Source of the DNA: an uncultured cyanobacterium
GTDB lineage: Bacteria; Cyanobacteriota; Cyanobacteriia; CAKZMO01
Reading direction: 5' to 3'
NCBI GenBank assembly: GCA_963719515.1
Contig: CAVRCJ010000001.1
Location: 128,001 to 192,000, forward strand
DNA length: 64,000 nucleotides
Under the pieces are notes generated by a model. That model did no database searches. It had not been told where the DNA came from and saw nothing but the letters and a program-made list of their open reading frames with translations. This document shows, piece after piece, positions 42,352 through 52,845 of this stretch. A program made the position numbers and the translations under genes. Numbering within the stretch: the first letter of the stretch is position 1; the number at the start of each line of letters is the position of its first letter.

Positions 42352-45300
42352 CTACAGGTACTGCACCGCAGCACTTTCCAGCTCAACCGGAACATCACCC
42401 TGCACCACAGCAATCAAATCCGGCGTCTGCGCAGAGTTAAGATAAATCCCCGTCCCCGACAGGCCCCCCTCCGAAATCGACCCCAGGCTGTAGTCCTCTG
42501 CCGCACCCGCCAGCTTCAGCACATCGCCCGCATCAGCGTCAAAGTCCGTAATCAGCGCAAAGCTGTTTAGCCCCGACGTATCGGCCTTACCGTCGTTGTA
42601 GTAAGCCCCACGGCGATCGCCCAGCTGGAAGGTATCGGCACCCTCGCCGCCCGAGAGCACGTCTAGCTCCTCAAGCCCTCGGTTCTTGGTCAGCAGCGCC
42701 CCGCCAATGAGGCGATCGCGTCCTGCACCACCGCGCAGGACGTCGCTGCCGCTGTATCCCCAGATCGTATCGTCGCCGCCCTGAGCGTTGATGACGTCGT
42801 TGGAGCCGCCGCCGTAGCCCGCAACGCGGTTGCCTAAGTCGTTGAGGAAGGTGACGGTGTTGCGGTTAAAGACACGGCCTCGGGTGTCGTCTGAGTTGAA
42901 GACGTCGAGGCTGTCCGTCACGTTGAGCTGGCCGTCGAACAGGACGTTGCCTACGGTCTTGCCCTCGGGCTGCGGGATGTTGTCGATTTGGTCGGGCGCC
43001 ATGTTCTTGAGCAGGAGTCTGGTGTCAAAGCCCTCGAAACTCATCATGACGTCATCGCCTTGCTGCGTCATCTGCAGGTTGCGGGCCGAGAGGCCGTCAC
43101 CGCTGAACTGGATGGTATCCACTTCGTTGAGGGTAGCCTGCTCCGGTTTGATGCCCTGTCCTACGCCACCGAAGTCTGCGATCGCTAGGTCGTCGCCAGT
43201 CTCAACGGTGAACTGGTTCTGTCCGCCGCTGCCAGAGAGGTCGGCCTCGTCCATGACGGGGTCTGGAGATCCTGCATCTGGCGCTTCTGCGTCTGGCATT
43301 GGATCTGCAGAGTCGTCTACGGCAGGCTCCTCTGCAGCGGGGTCTTTCGCCATGTGCTCCTCATCGAGACTGTCTTCCTCGATAGGTTGCTCGTCTATGG
43401 GCTCATTGTCCATAGGCTCTTCTTCCATGGGTTGCTCCGCGACAGGTTCGTCGGCGGGAGCGTCTTCCTCCACAGACTCATCAATGTCCTCGTCTGGAAG
43501 CTCTTCATCGATGGGCTGCTCAGCGACGGGCTCCTCAGCAGGAATGTCTTCCTCAGCAGGTTCCTCTTCTAGAGGTTCCTCATCGGCAGGCTCTTCCTCG
43601 GCAACGGGTTCCTCGTCTGGAATCTCTTCCACAGGCTGCTCAGCAACGGGTTCCTCAGCGGGAATGTCTTCCTCGATGGGCTCCTCATCGGTGGGTTCTT
43701 CCTCAGCAGTAGGTTCCTCTTCGGGAATGTCTTCCTCAGCAGGCTCCTCGCCTACCGACTCGTCCATGGGGTCTTGCTCATCGACAGGCTCCTCAGAAGG
43801 AATGTCTTCCTCCAGAGGCTCCTCGTCTACCGGCTCTTCTTTAGCGGGCTGCTCAGCGACAGGCTCCTCTTCGGGGGGTTCCTCCTCAGTAGCGGGTTCT
43901 TCCTCCACAGGGGTTTCCTCTACAGGCTGCTCATCAACGGGTTCCTCTTCAGAAGGGGTAGCGGGATCTTCTACAGGGTCTGGGGTCGGCTCAGGCTCTG
44001 GTGATGGCTCTGGGAGCGGCTCACTGGAGCCTGTCGACTTGCCCGTGCCGCCGCCGAACCTGACATTATCGATGGCGACGAAGTTGCCCGACTCATTTGA
44101 GCCGTTTCCAACTTTGGCCGCATCCACCTGCACCATCAGATAGTCGTAGCCGTCGCCTAAGTCCACATCCCACTTAAAGGTCTTCCAGTCAAAGCTCTCG
44201 CCTCCCAGCGTTTGCTCCAGCAGCTTAGTGCTTTCCATCGGCAGCGCCCCCACCTCGCGAGGCCCCTGGTAGTCGTAGAGCTGGTTGCCAAACTCGCCGT
44301 CAACGCCCCACAGATTTACCGAAACTTCGTTCAGCTGCCAAGGCTTCAGCCCCCCTTCAGTGTTTTTGACGTTGAGGCTCAGGGTCTGTGTCCCCGTCAT
44401 GGTGCCCTGGTCGTAGATCGCCTGCCCGACACCCGAGCGATACTTCTCACCCGACAGCACCGCAACGCCGCCGTTGCCCATGTTGGCGTTCACGGTAGCC
44501 CCGTCGGTGGCAAACCAGCCCTTGTTGGCAAAGGCGCTATTGCCTTTATAGGCAGGGCTAAATACCTTAGTTTCGCTAAAGCCGCTGTTTTGGAAGGCGT
44601 TGCCGAAGGTCGCGGAGGCGACGGTGACGGACTGGGTGGTGGTAGCGGGTTTGCCCTGGGTGTCCCAGACGGTGAGGGTGACGTCGCGATCGCCCTCTCG
44701 CTCAAACGCCTTGCGCACCGTGCGGCCAAACTCGTCGATGGTGCCGTCGTTGTCAAAGTCCCAGCCGTAGGCCACGACGCCCTTGCCTGCTTTGTCCCTG
44801 AGATTTTCACCCTTGCTGTTTTCGCCCGCATCGGGGTCGTAGGATCCCCCCGCACTGAATTCCACGGCCAGGCCGCCCACCGCTTTAGCGTTGAACCGGG
44901 CGGTAGGTGCCCGGTTGCCTTCAACGTCCTTGAAGCTAACGTTCTTCACTTCAAAGAAGGCGGCTAGGTCCTCTTCCCCCCGCGAATTACCGTCGTCGTC
45001 TGGGCCCAGCGGGCGGGTGGGGGCAAAATTGACGCCGTTGTTGTCAAAGGTGCTGTTTTTAACTTCAGAGCCAGTAAACGCTGGGCCATTGTTGCCGGTG
45101 CCGTCCCGGGGCACCTTCATACCAATCTCGAAGTTCTTGATGGTCACCCCGTCAAGAGAGAGCCTGTTGGCGGCGTGGTTGTTGGTGATGCCGCTAGCGC
45201 CGTACTTGGTGCTGCGATCGCCATCGCCTAAAATCAGGCCATTCTTGAGCTGGACGTTGCCGTTGTAGGTGAAGTTGACCCCGGTATTCCGAATGTTCCA

Positions 45301-47016
45301 CAGCTGGAAGTTTTCGTAGGTGGAGGGGTAGTTGTGGGCGGGTTTGGTTAGCCCCTCAGAGTCGAAGTTATCCATGCTTACCAGGCTGTCCCGGTTGATG
45401 GTGCGCTTCCAGGAGCCAATGCCGCGCTCGGCGTTGTAGGCTGTGAACCCGTCGAAGTTGGTGGGGACGGTGCCGACGTCAATCACCGACTGGTCGTCGG
45501 TGTTCTTGGCGATATCTTTGAGGTAGTCGGGCAGGTTCTCAACTTTGACGAACTTTTTGTCGCGCACGCTGTCGCCGCCGTCCAAGCCGCCGTGGAAGGT
45601 GACGGCTTCCCCTGCGGTACTGATGGCGATATTGTCCTTGAAGTCCACCAGGCCAGCCCCCTGCACCCAGAAGCCCTCGCCGTTGAAGCCAAAGTCGAAG
45701 TTGAGGGGCCGCTCGTCCCTAAAGCCAAAACCTAGCCCGCCGTCGCCGTCCCCCGTGGTTTTAATGGTGAGGTTGTTGCGCCAAGCGCCAATCTCGTTGC
45801 CCGCCTCTTGCACGATGCCCGCCCCGGCCACGTCGAAGACCACGTTGTCTTCCACCAGCGCGTGGCTGTCGTGGTGAACGATGCCCCAGCCAGGACTGCC
45901 CACCACCGCGTTACCCTTGGCCACAGCCGGAGCGCCGCTGAGGTCGTCTGCCCCCGTACGGTGGAAGTGCAGCGCGTAGCGGCCCCGCACGTTGCCGCCG
46001 GTGCCGTCGCGCCCGTCTTTGTTGGTGCCGATGTCGTCCACCAGCTGGGTCTTGTCAGAGCGCCCCAAGTTGTAAAAGCCCGCGTTTTGCACCACCACGT
46101 CGGGGCTGTGCATAAACATCACGTGGCCCCGCTCTCCGGGCGGCAGGTCCGCTGCCTCCGTCTCGAAGCTGACGTTGCGGGTGGTGTTGGCCACATAGAG
46201 CTTCAGCTGGCCCTTCTCCGCCACGTCGGGGCGCGTGTGGTCATAGCGAAGGACGGTGTTGTCCCCTTCACCGACGTCGTTATTGGTGAACTTGACCCGA
46301 TTACCGCTGATCTCAGTAATCGTCAGCACCTCGTCCTGAAACTTGCTGTTGTCCTCATGGGAGCCGTTATAGTTCCTAGCGGTGCCGCCGAGCACCAGCT
46401 GGTCGCCCACTTGCCAGCCCGTCGGCGATTTTGAGAGCACTAGCTCGCTGTTCCCGGCCGCGACGTCGCTCTGCAGCGTCGTAAAGTCGGTCTTTTCAGC
46501 GCCGTAGATGTTGGTGGTGCCGTGGGAGATGACGCCGCGGCTAATCAAGGTGGGATCCCAGCTGCGATCGATCGCCCCGTCGGCGGTGATGATGATTTGC
46601 GTCGCTTTGTCGGCCTGGACAGGGTTGCCTTCGCTGCCGATGTTGAGGGTACCGGAGGGGGTGTTGACGAAGGTGTCGACAACAAGCTTGGTGTTGGCGT
46701 CGGAGGCAAAGGTGAGGGTGCCGTCTAGGCGCACCGTCTTGAGGCGGGCGTCGCTCTCCTGGCTGTAGGCAACGCTAATGCCGTCCGGAATCAGAACTTT
46801 TGCGCCATCGCCGGGGATTTTGCCGCCTTTCCAGGTGCTGGCGTCAAACCAGGAGCCGCTCTTGACGGCGACGTGGGACGCTTCGGATTCTGGCACTAGC
46901 TCCAGAAATTTCATGTGCTCGCCCTGTTTGATCGGGTCATCACCGTGAGGCATCGACATATCGGCAGCATTGTCCATAGCCATCGAGCCGTCTGTCATAG
47001 AAGGTTGGTCTTGCAT
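42352..47016 (-). CDS. Giant extracellular protein: G8 domain, beta-helix, PKD-like domain, Glu/Pro-rich repeat spacer, RTX-like Ca-binding C-terminus
   Basis: SGSWFDASTW..GKIPGDGAKVLI (G8), RGRYALHFH, YGWDFDNDG..VTLTVWD (PKD), EEPxxEE repeats, GGDDTIWG..GSDVLRGGAGRDRL. Start at MQDQ with GGAG upstream. Confidence 0.8.
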   Translation of the reverse strand: MQDQPSMTDGSMAMDNAADMSMPHGDDPIKQGEHMKFLELVPESEASHVAVKSGSWFDASTWKGGKIPGDGAKVLIPDGISVAYSQESDARLKTVRLDGTLTFASDANTKLVVDTFVNTPSGTLNIGSEGNPVQADKATQIIITADGAIDRSWDPTLISRGVISHGTTNIYGAEKTDFTTLQSDVAAGNSELVLSKSPTGWQVGDQLVLGGTARNYNGSHEDNSKFQDEVLTITEISGNRVKFTNNDVGEGDNTVLRYDHTRPDVAEKGQLKLYVANTTRNVSFETEAADLPPGERGHVMFMHSPDVVVQNAGFYNLGRSDKTQLVDDIGTNKDGRDGTGGNVRGRYALHFHRTGADDLSGAPAVAKGNAVVGSPGWGIVHHDSHALVEDNVVFDVAGAGIVQEAGNEIGAWRNNLTIKTTGDGDGGLGFGFRDERPLNFDFGFNGEGFWVQGAGLVDFKDNIAISTAGEAVTFHGGLDGGDSVRDKKFVKVENLPDYLKDIAKNTDDQSVIDVGTVPTNFDGFTAYNAERGIGSWKRTINRDSLVSMDNFDSEGLTKPAHNYPSTYENFQLWNIRNTGVNFTYNGNVQLKNGLILGDGDRSTKYGASGITNNHAANRLSLDGVTIKNFEIGMKVPRDGTGNNGPAFTGSEVKNSTFDNNGVNFAPTRPLGPDDDGNSRGEEDLAAFFEVKNVSFKDVEGNRAPTARFNAKAVGGLAVEFSAGGSYDPDAGENSKGENLRDKAGKGVVAYGWDFDNDGTIDEFGRTVRKAFEREGDRDVTLTVWDTQGKPATTTQSVTVASATFGNAFQNSGFSETKVFSPAYKGNSAFANKGWFATDGATVNANMGNGGVAVLSGEKYRSGVGQAIYDQGTMTGTQTLSLNVKNTEGGLKPWQLNEVSVNLWGVDGEFGNQLYDYQGPREVGALPMESTKLLEQTLGGESFDWKTFKWDVDLGDGYDYLMVQVDAAKVGNGSNESGNFVAIDNVRFGGGTGKSTGSSEPLPEPSPEPEPTPDPVEDPATPSEEEPVDEQPVEETPVEEEPATEEEPPEEEPVAEQPAKEEPVDEEPLEEDIPSEEPVDEQDPMDESVGEEPAEEDIPEEEPTAEEEPTDEEPIEEDIPAEEPVAEQPVEEIPDEEPVAEEEPADEEPLEEEPAEEDIPAEEPVAEQPIDEELPDEDIDESVEEDAPADEPVAEQPMEEEPMDNEPIDEQPIEEDSLDEEHMAKDPAAEEPAVDDSADPMPDAEAPDAGSPDPVMDEADLSGSGGQNQFTVETGDDLAIADFGGVGQGIKPEQATLNEVDTIQFSGDGLSARNLQMTQQGDDVMMSFEGFDTRLLLKNMAPDQIDNIPQPEGKTVGNVLFDGQLNVTDSLDVFNSDDTRGRVFNRNTVTFLNDLGNRVAGYGGGSNDVINAQGGDDTIWGYSGSDVLRGGAGRDRLIGGALLTKNRGLEELDVLSGGEGADTFQLGDRRGAYYNDGKADTSGLNSFALITDFDADAGDVLKLAGAAEDYSLGSISEGGLSGTGIYLNSAQTPDLIAVVQGDVPVELESAAVQYL
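43250..44030 (-). repeat. Degenerate coding tandem repeats (EEPxxE/DEQP/EEDIP)
   Basis: Recurrent GGCTCCTC / GGAATGTCTTCCTC / GGCTGCTCAGC units. Confidence 0.8.
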
Positions 47017-47621
47017 AATCGAAAAACTCCATGAACGGTGATTTTTTGAATGCATTGTGGCGGATGCACCGTTGGAGTAGTGAGGCTGTTTTCTCACTGG
47101 GTGAGCTAGGCTTCGCCAGCGCCCATGATTAGAGCGCGGGCGTAATTATAAAGATGGGCGCAATCAGAACATGGGCTGCTCAATAACGTCTGCTAAAGCG
47201 GCTACAGAGGAAAAAATCCCTGTGAAATACGCGGCTTTGGGTCAAAAGCTCTGTCATGAGCGGTAGATCTGACGCTGCAAAAGCACAGCACGCAGTGCCT
47301 TTAAACTGGTCCTTAGTTCAAAGACGGCGCTAATTGAAGGCGGTAGATGGGTATCCCTCAGCGCGACCTAATTGCAAGATAGGTCAGTTTTTTTCAGAAA
47401 ATGGAGGCTGAGAATACGGAAATTGTCCTGATGTATTGAGGTAATTGCCCGCCCTATTAAACCATTAAATTTTTCACAAAAGACGTTGCTCCGAGCAATA
47501 GAGCCAACACGATAGTGTTAGAAACTTGTAAATTCTAATGTAGGTTTATAGACCGCGTTATTCGGGTGAAGTTCCAGTAAATTCTCGGTGGTTGTTTTGG
47601 CCCAATTTCAGCTAATCAGCG

Positions 47622-48692
47622 CTAGGATTGCTCTAATTCGTCGATTTTTGCCTGCATTTGCGCCATCTGCTCCTGCATTTGACGCAAAGTCTTTTGCAGT
47701 TCCGGCAGTCGGCGCTGCATAACCGCCGATCGCAGCCACTGGGGATGAGGCATAGGGGGATACCCGGACATCGTGACGCCTGGCTTCACGTCATTGATGG
47801 CCGCCGTGCGAGCCGTCAGCGTCGCACCATTGCCAATCGTGACCTGGTCCGTGACGCCCACCTGCCCCGCAAAAATGACGCGATCGCCTACCGTCACCCC
47901 ACCGGCAAGCCCGCCCTGTGCGGCCATGGCGCAGCCCCGCCCAACGAAGCAGCCGTGGGCGATATGCACTAGGTTGTCCAGCTTTGTGTCTTGGGCAATG
48001 CGGGTCTCCCCCACGGCGGGCCGGTCCACCGCCGAACTGCAGCCGAGCTCTACCCGGTCTTCCAGCACCACCACGCCCGACTGCTCCATTTTCACCCAGC
48101 CCTCGCGGGTGGGCACAAAGCCAAACCCTTCTGCCCCAACCACCGCCCCGCTGTGGATGACGCAGTCTGCGCCGATGCGGCTGCGCTCGTGAATGGTGCA
48201 GTTGGCGTGCAGGAGGGTGCGATCGCCGATGGTGACCTCTGGATAGATCACCGCGTTGGGGTGGATGCAGACGCCGTCGCCAATTTGAACCTGGGCCTCA
48301 ATGACGGCGTGGGCGCCTATGGAAACCGCTTCGCCCAAAGTCGCCGTGGGATGGATCACCGCCGTGGGGTGAATGCCCGGTGCGGGTTTGTAGGGCTGGT
48401 AGAAGAGGGCGATCGCCTGGGCAAAGGCGAGGCGGGGCTGGGGGACGCTGAGCCAGGGAATACCGCGATCGGTGGCCTGCTGCTGGAGGGCGTCGTTGAC
48501 GGGCAGAATCAGGCCACCGGCCTGGGTGGATTTTAGGTAGGCGGCGAACTTTCCCCCCTCGATGTAGCTGAGGGCGTCTGGGACCGCTTCTTTAATGGCG
48601 GCGACGTGGGTCAGTTCGGGGTCGTTGTTGGGGTGCAGGGTGAGGCTGCTGGCGGCGGGCTGGAGACGCTGGGCGATGTCGCTGAATTTCAC
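47622..48692 (-). CDS. lpxD: UDP-3-O-(3-hydroxyacyl)glucosamine N-acyltransferase
   Basis: PRLAFA, IHPTAVI hexapeptide repeats, GAEGFGF, KLDNLVHIAH; GTG start at 48692. Confidence 0.95.
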   Translation of the reverse strand: MKFSDIAQRLQPAASSLTLHPNNDPELTHVAAIKEAVPDALSYIEGGKFAAYLKSTQAGGLILPVNDALQQQATDRGIPWLSVPQPRLAFAQAIALFYQPYKPAPGIHPTAVIHPTATLGEAVSIGAHAVIEAQVQIGDGVCIHPNAVIYPEVTIGDRTLLHANCTIHERSRIGADCVIHSGAVVGAEGFGFVPTREGWVKMEQSGVVVLEDRVELGCSSAVDRPAVGETRIAQDTKLDNLVHIAHGCFVGRGCAMAAQGGLAGGVTVGDRVIFAGQVGVTDQVTIGNGATLTARTAAINDVKPGVTMSGYPPMPHPQWLRSAVMQRRLPELQKTLRQMQEQMAQMQAKIDELEQS

Positions 48693-48800
48693 GGGATTCA
48701 ATCTACGATTTGCGGCCAATGGACGGGCTTGACCACATCGTAGGGGCAAATGGCCATTTGCCCCTACCGTGGGACGAGATGATCACAATCTATTGGGCAC

Positions 48801-50201
48801 TTACGACCCGACTTGACCATACGTTAAAAAGGCCACACATTCCACATGGGCCGTTTGGGGAAAGAAATCTATCGGCTGCACTCGCGTCACTCGGTACCCC
48901 CCGTCACACAGCCCCTTCAAGTCGCGGGCCAGGGTCGCCGGGTTGCAGCTCACGTAGACGATTCGGGGCGATCGCAGCCTCACCAACGCCTCCACCACCG
49001 CCGGAGCGCAGCCTCTGCGGGGCGGGTCGAGCACCACCACGTCAGCAGAGATTGTCGGGGGGGCATCGGGGCGCACCTGGTTGGGAAGCCACACCTCCAC
49101 CGTTTCAGGGTAGAAGCGGACGTTTTCGATATTGTTCAACGTCGCGTTGTAGCGGGCTTGGGCTACCGATTCAGCGTGAGATTCAACGCCGATCACCTCG
49201 CGGGAGCGCTGAGCCAGCGGCAGGGAGAGGGTGCCGACGCCGCAGTAGGCATCAACGATAGATTCATGACCTTTTAGAGCCAGCTCTTCCAAAATGACGG
49301 TCAGCATCGCCTCTGCTTGGACCGTGTTGATTTGAAAGAAAGTGGCGGAGCGGATGTGAAACTCTAGGTCCGCAAACCGCTCTGCGATATAGGGCTTACC
49401 CGCCAAGCCCCGAGTCATGTGGCCGAAGATGACGTTGGTGCGCCGCTCATTGATATTCAAGCAGACCCCCGCAAGGCCAAGGCGTTCTAGCCAGTCTTGG
49501 GCCTGCTCCTCCAAACCGGGCAACGCATCGACGTCGGTTTGGGAGATCAGCGTCAGCAGCTTTTCCCCCGTGCGCTGGCCCACCCGCAGCGATAGGTGGC
49601 GCAGCGCCCCGGTGCCGGAGGCTTCCTCATAAATTGACCAGCCCCGCGCCTGGATGTCCTGCTTGGCCTGCGCCAGTATGGGGTCTAAGCGATCGTCTTG
49701 GACAGGGCATTGGTTGAGGTTGATCAGCTTGTGGCTCCCTTTGCGGTAGTAGCCTGCCTGGACCTGGTTTGTGGCGGAGCGCCGCAGGGGGTAGGTGGAC
49801 TTGTTGCGGTAGCTCAGCGGAGCAGAGGGAATCACCGGATCTATGTCTACATCGGCGACACCGCCAATGCGCTGCAGGGCATCGGTGATGATGCGATGTT
49901 TTTGCGTCAGCTGTTCGCCGTAAGCCACAAACTGCCACTGACAGCCGCCGCATTTATCCGCCACGATGCAGGCAGCGGGGATGCGCTTTGGGGAGGGCTG
50001 CAGCATGGCCTGCAGTCTCCCTTGAGCAAAGGTGGGCTTGACGTGCAGCAGCCGCACCTTGATTCGATCTTGGGGGACGGTGTCGGGGACAAATACTACC
50101 CGATCGTTCCAGCGCCCCACCCCATCACCGCGATCGCTGAGGCTGTCGATGGTGAGTTCGATCAGGGAGCCCTGTCGCCAGTCGGTGTTAGTAGCGGTCA
50201 T
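48801..50201 (-). CDS. rlmD: 23S rRNA (uracil-C5)-methyltransferase
   Basis: TRAM domain, CxxxxxCGGC, FFQIN, DAYCGVG, LDPPR, YVSCNPATLARD, DFFPQTAHVE. Confidence 0.93.
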   Translation of the reverse strand: MTATNTDWRQGSLIELTIDSLSDRGDGVGRWNDRVVFVPDTVPQDRIKVRLLHVKPTFAQGRLQAMLQPSPKRIPAACIVADKCGGCQWQFVAYGEQLTQKHRIITDALQRIGGVADVDIDPVIPSAPLSYRNKSTYPLRRSATNQVQAGYYRKGSHKLINLNQCPVQDDRLDPILAQAKQDIQARGWSIYEEASGTGALRHLSLRVGQRTGEKLLTLISQTDVDALPGLEEQAQDWLERLGLAGVCLNINERRTNVIFGHMTRGLAGKPYIAERFADLEFHIRSATFFQINTVQAEAMLTVILEELALKGHESIVDAYCGVGTLSLPLAQRSREVIGVESHAESVAQARYNATLNNIENVRFYPETVEVWLPNQVRPDAPPTISADVVVLDPPRRGCAPAVVEALVRLRSPRIVYVSCNPATLARDLKGLCDGGYRVTRVQPIDFFPQTAHVECVAFLTYGQVGS

Positions 50202-51074
50202 CGGTTATCTGGTAAAGGGGCAGAACGTAGGGTGCGTCAATGACGTAACCCAGGTATCGGGAATCCAAAAGGCCCAAACGGCAAGGCGCGCCAACAGCGC
50301 ACCCTGGCTTAGAGCAGGGCAAACACCACCCACCAACACTTTTAGGAGTCTCCAAACGACACCAGTTTGCCTAGTGTAAGACAGATCCAAAGTTTTAGGA
50401 GATCGCGCCCCTCACCCTTGCGGTACTAAGCAGCATCAACTCCAACAGAAGGTGATTACAATCACTCTACTGGGGGGCTGACAACCTGAACAAATCAGCG
50501 GGTTATATCTGAGACAAACCTCAACTCTTCTGTCTTTTTTCTACTCAGCCTTTTTGGGATAATTAAGTCATCGAGAGGAAAGCTCAAACTCCTCACCAAA
50601 ACACATCAACTAACTCCGGCGGTCTGATCGCTTCGAGCAGTAGTTTGAGCAAGGTTTAGGTAATAAGTAATCCCCCAGGCCTTGCGCTCTATGCCCTGGT
50701 CATTCAACAACTGGGGCATTGTGCTGATCTTTGTAATTTTTCTGAATCTATATCAATAAACTCAACCGGCACCTTGTAAAAGACCCTGTGCTGACTCAGC
50801 CATAGCGGGAAAGACCATACACAATACAAGACAAATTAATACAGTATAATGCATTAAAAATCGCTAAATACTGTACACCTGGCCGCAATCATGAAAACCT
50901 GACTTAACGCTGATATTCTTCTAAGCAGGCAGCTCGATACAGCAATTTTCGGCTGCGTGAGGTGCGGATTTGGGAGGGTGTAATGCGGGAGTGACGCTGC
51001 GCATTACACCGGCGTGAACAAGGCTGTACCTGAGTTTTAGAGGGACACTGCTTAATTTTGAGGAATCTAAAGAT

Positions 51075-51503
51075 ATGGCAAACAGACAAACTCGCAACCG
51101 CGCCATCAACTCTACAGGCGGCTTCATAAGAGACTTTAAGGAGTTTCTGATGCGCGGCAACGTGGTTGACCTGGCGGTTGCCGTCGTCATCGGTGCCGCT
51201 TTCGGAGCGGTAGTGACCTCGTTCATCGAAGACATCATCACGCCCATCATCCTCAACCCGGCCCTGCAGGCTGCAGGTGTCGAAGACATCGCCAACCTGT
51301 CTGCTGGCGGAATTAAGTACGGCCTGTTTCTAGCAGCCGTGCTCAACTTCGTCGTGATTGCATTTGTTCTCTTCGTTATTATTCGTATTTTTGAAAAACT
51401 GAAGCGGAAAGGCGAAGTCGAGGCGGCCGCAGAACCAACCATTGAGGAGAAGCTAGACGAAACGCTGACTCGGCTGACGGCGGTAATCGACCGCAAGCTG
51501 TAG
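51075..51503 (+). CDS. mscL: Large-conductance mechanosensitive channel
   Basis: FKEFLMRGNVVDLAVAVVIGAAF, YGLFL. Confidence 0.95.
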   Translation: MANRQTRNRAINSTGGFIRDFKEFLMRGNVVDLAVAVVIGAAFGAVVTSFIEDIITPIILNPALQAAGVEDIANLSAGGIKYGLFLAAVLNFVVIAFVLFVIIRIFEKLKRKGEVEAAAEPTIEEKLDETLTRLTAVIDRKL

Positions 51504-51546
51504 AACAAACAGCAGCGGTGTATCCTGGCTTTAACCCTCAATACTC

Positions 51547-52240
51547 GGGAGCATCCCAGTTTGGACATGAGTAGAAGTACTCAGAGAGCGATTTGAGGAT
51601 AGGGATGCCAAACTAGGGGTAACAGAGTCATGGAGAGATCGACATGGAGCACCTATCGCCCGAAGCACAAGCTCAACTGCAGGAGCACCTAGAAGCAGCA
51701 GCCAGCATCCTGTACGCCCACACCGAGGCGGAGAAGCTCAAGGACTTTGAGAGTATCGAATGGGAAGTGCGATCGCAAATATTGCAGCAGGTAGCCCCGC
51801 GTATTGGAGAGTTTTTTTCTCAGCAGGGGGACAATGCAGGGGCGGCAAACAGCGACAGCTGAATAGCTGCCTAGGCGAGGTGAGCGTGAGTCAGAAGCAA
51901 GGGAAGCGATTAGGGCTCAAAGCCAATCGCCAGCTCTCTCCTGCGCTAGAGAAGTGCTGCATGCGCCTGTGCGCCCAAGCGTCATTCCAGCAAGCTGAGC
52001 AGAACGTGGAAACGGTGATGGGCCTAAAGGCCAGCCACAGTAGCTTGCATCGTCCCAATTTTGGCTTGTCTTGGCGATGGCCATGACGGAGTGTGGAATA
52101 TAGCCAAAGCCTTCGGTGGTCAGCAGGTCATCGTCAAGCGACAGGTGCTTGATTGGTATCACTTGGTGGAAAATTTCTACAAGGTGGGTAGGTCACTCAA
52201 GCGCTTAGGCCGGGTCAAAACGCTTTCAGGGTTACTTGAG
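51547..52240 (+). mobile_element. Degraded ISKra4-family element (internal deletion, 3' truncated)
   Basis: Candidate left end GGGAGCATCCCAGTTT; orfA MEHLSPEAQAQLQEH, T7 run at 51812-51818, -1 frame LSPALEKCC..SHSSLHR, then a jump to CLGDGHDGVWN..LDWYHLVEN; no right IR seen. Confidence 0.75.
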
Positions 52241-52272
52241 CAAGCAGCGCCAAAATTTTGAGAGTTAATATT

Positions 52273-52845
52273 ATGAACAGAATGACCATGCTGTCCGGCA
52301 GTTTCGCCGGCGGGCTTGCTCTAGGGATATTAGCAATGACCTTATGGCAGCCTTCTCCTAAGTCTCCCTACGTAGGCCAAGCCAACAGCCCTATTCGAGG
52401 GATGAGCGCTCAGGAGATCGATGATTTGCTCGAGGGCCGGGGTGCTGGCTACGCCCGTACGGCAGAGCTGAACAGCTATCCGGGACCTCGTCATGTGCTA
52501 GATCTCAAAGCGGATCTAGATCTCTCTGCCAGCCAGGAGGGCGTCGCCTATGCCGTGTTTGAGGAGATGCAGCGCGATGCTCAGCGGATTGGAAAGATGA
52601 TTGTCGAGCAAGAAGGCGCGCTCAGCCGTGCATTCGCCACAGAGACTATAACTCCCGAGGCGCTTCTTCAGCAGACCCAGGAGTTAGCAGCGCTATATAG
52701 CGAGCTACGGGCTGCGCACCTTGAGGCCCACTTGGAGATTACGCCGCTTCTCTCTGCCGAACAAATTGAGCGCTACGATCGCATACGAGGCTATGGGTCT
52801 TCCACAGCAGAGACACCAGCGAGGCATTCACCTCATCAACATTAA
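52273..52845 (+). CDS. Periplasmic Spy/CpxP-like (heavy-metal-resistance-associated) protein
   Basis: Signal/TM; AELNSYPGPRHVL; LDLSASQ and LLSAEQ (LTxxQ-like) motifs; His-rich tail. Confidence 0.7.
   Translation: MNRMTMLSGSFAGGLALGILAMTLWQPSPKSPYVGQANSPIRGMSAQEIDDLLEGRGAGYARTAELNSYPGPRHVLDLKADLDLSASQEGVAYAVFEEMQRDAQRIGKMIVEQEGALSRAFATETITPEALLQQTQELAALYSELRAAHLEAHLEITPLLSAEQIERYDRIRGYGSSTAETPARHSPHQH

Noticed and set aside
42830..44143. 437-aa Ser-rich plus-strand ORF
   Set aside because: Antisense shadow of the Glu/Pro repeat region of the giant minus-strand gene.
47017..47621. Riboswitch in the long leader of the giant surface protein
   Set aside because: No recognisable c-di-GMP, cobalamin or other aptamer consensus found by eye; an Rfam scan would be needed.
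50921..51568. 215-aa minus-strand ORF
   Set aside because: Antisense shadow of mscL.
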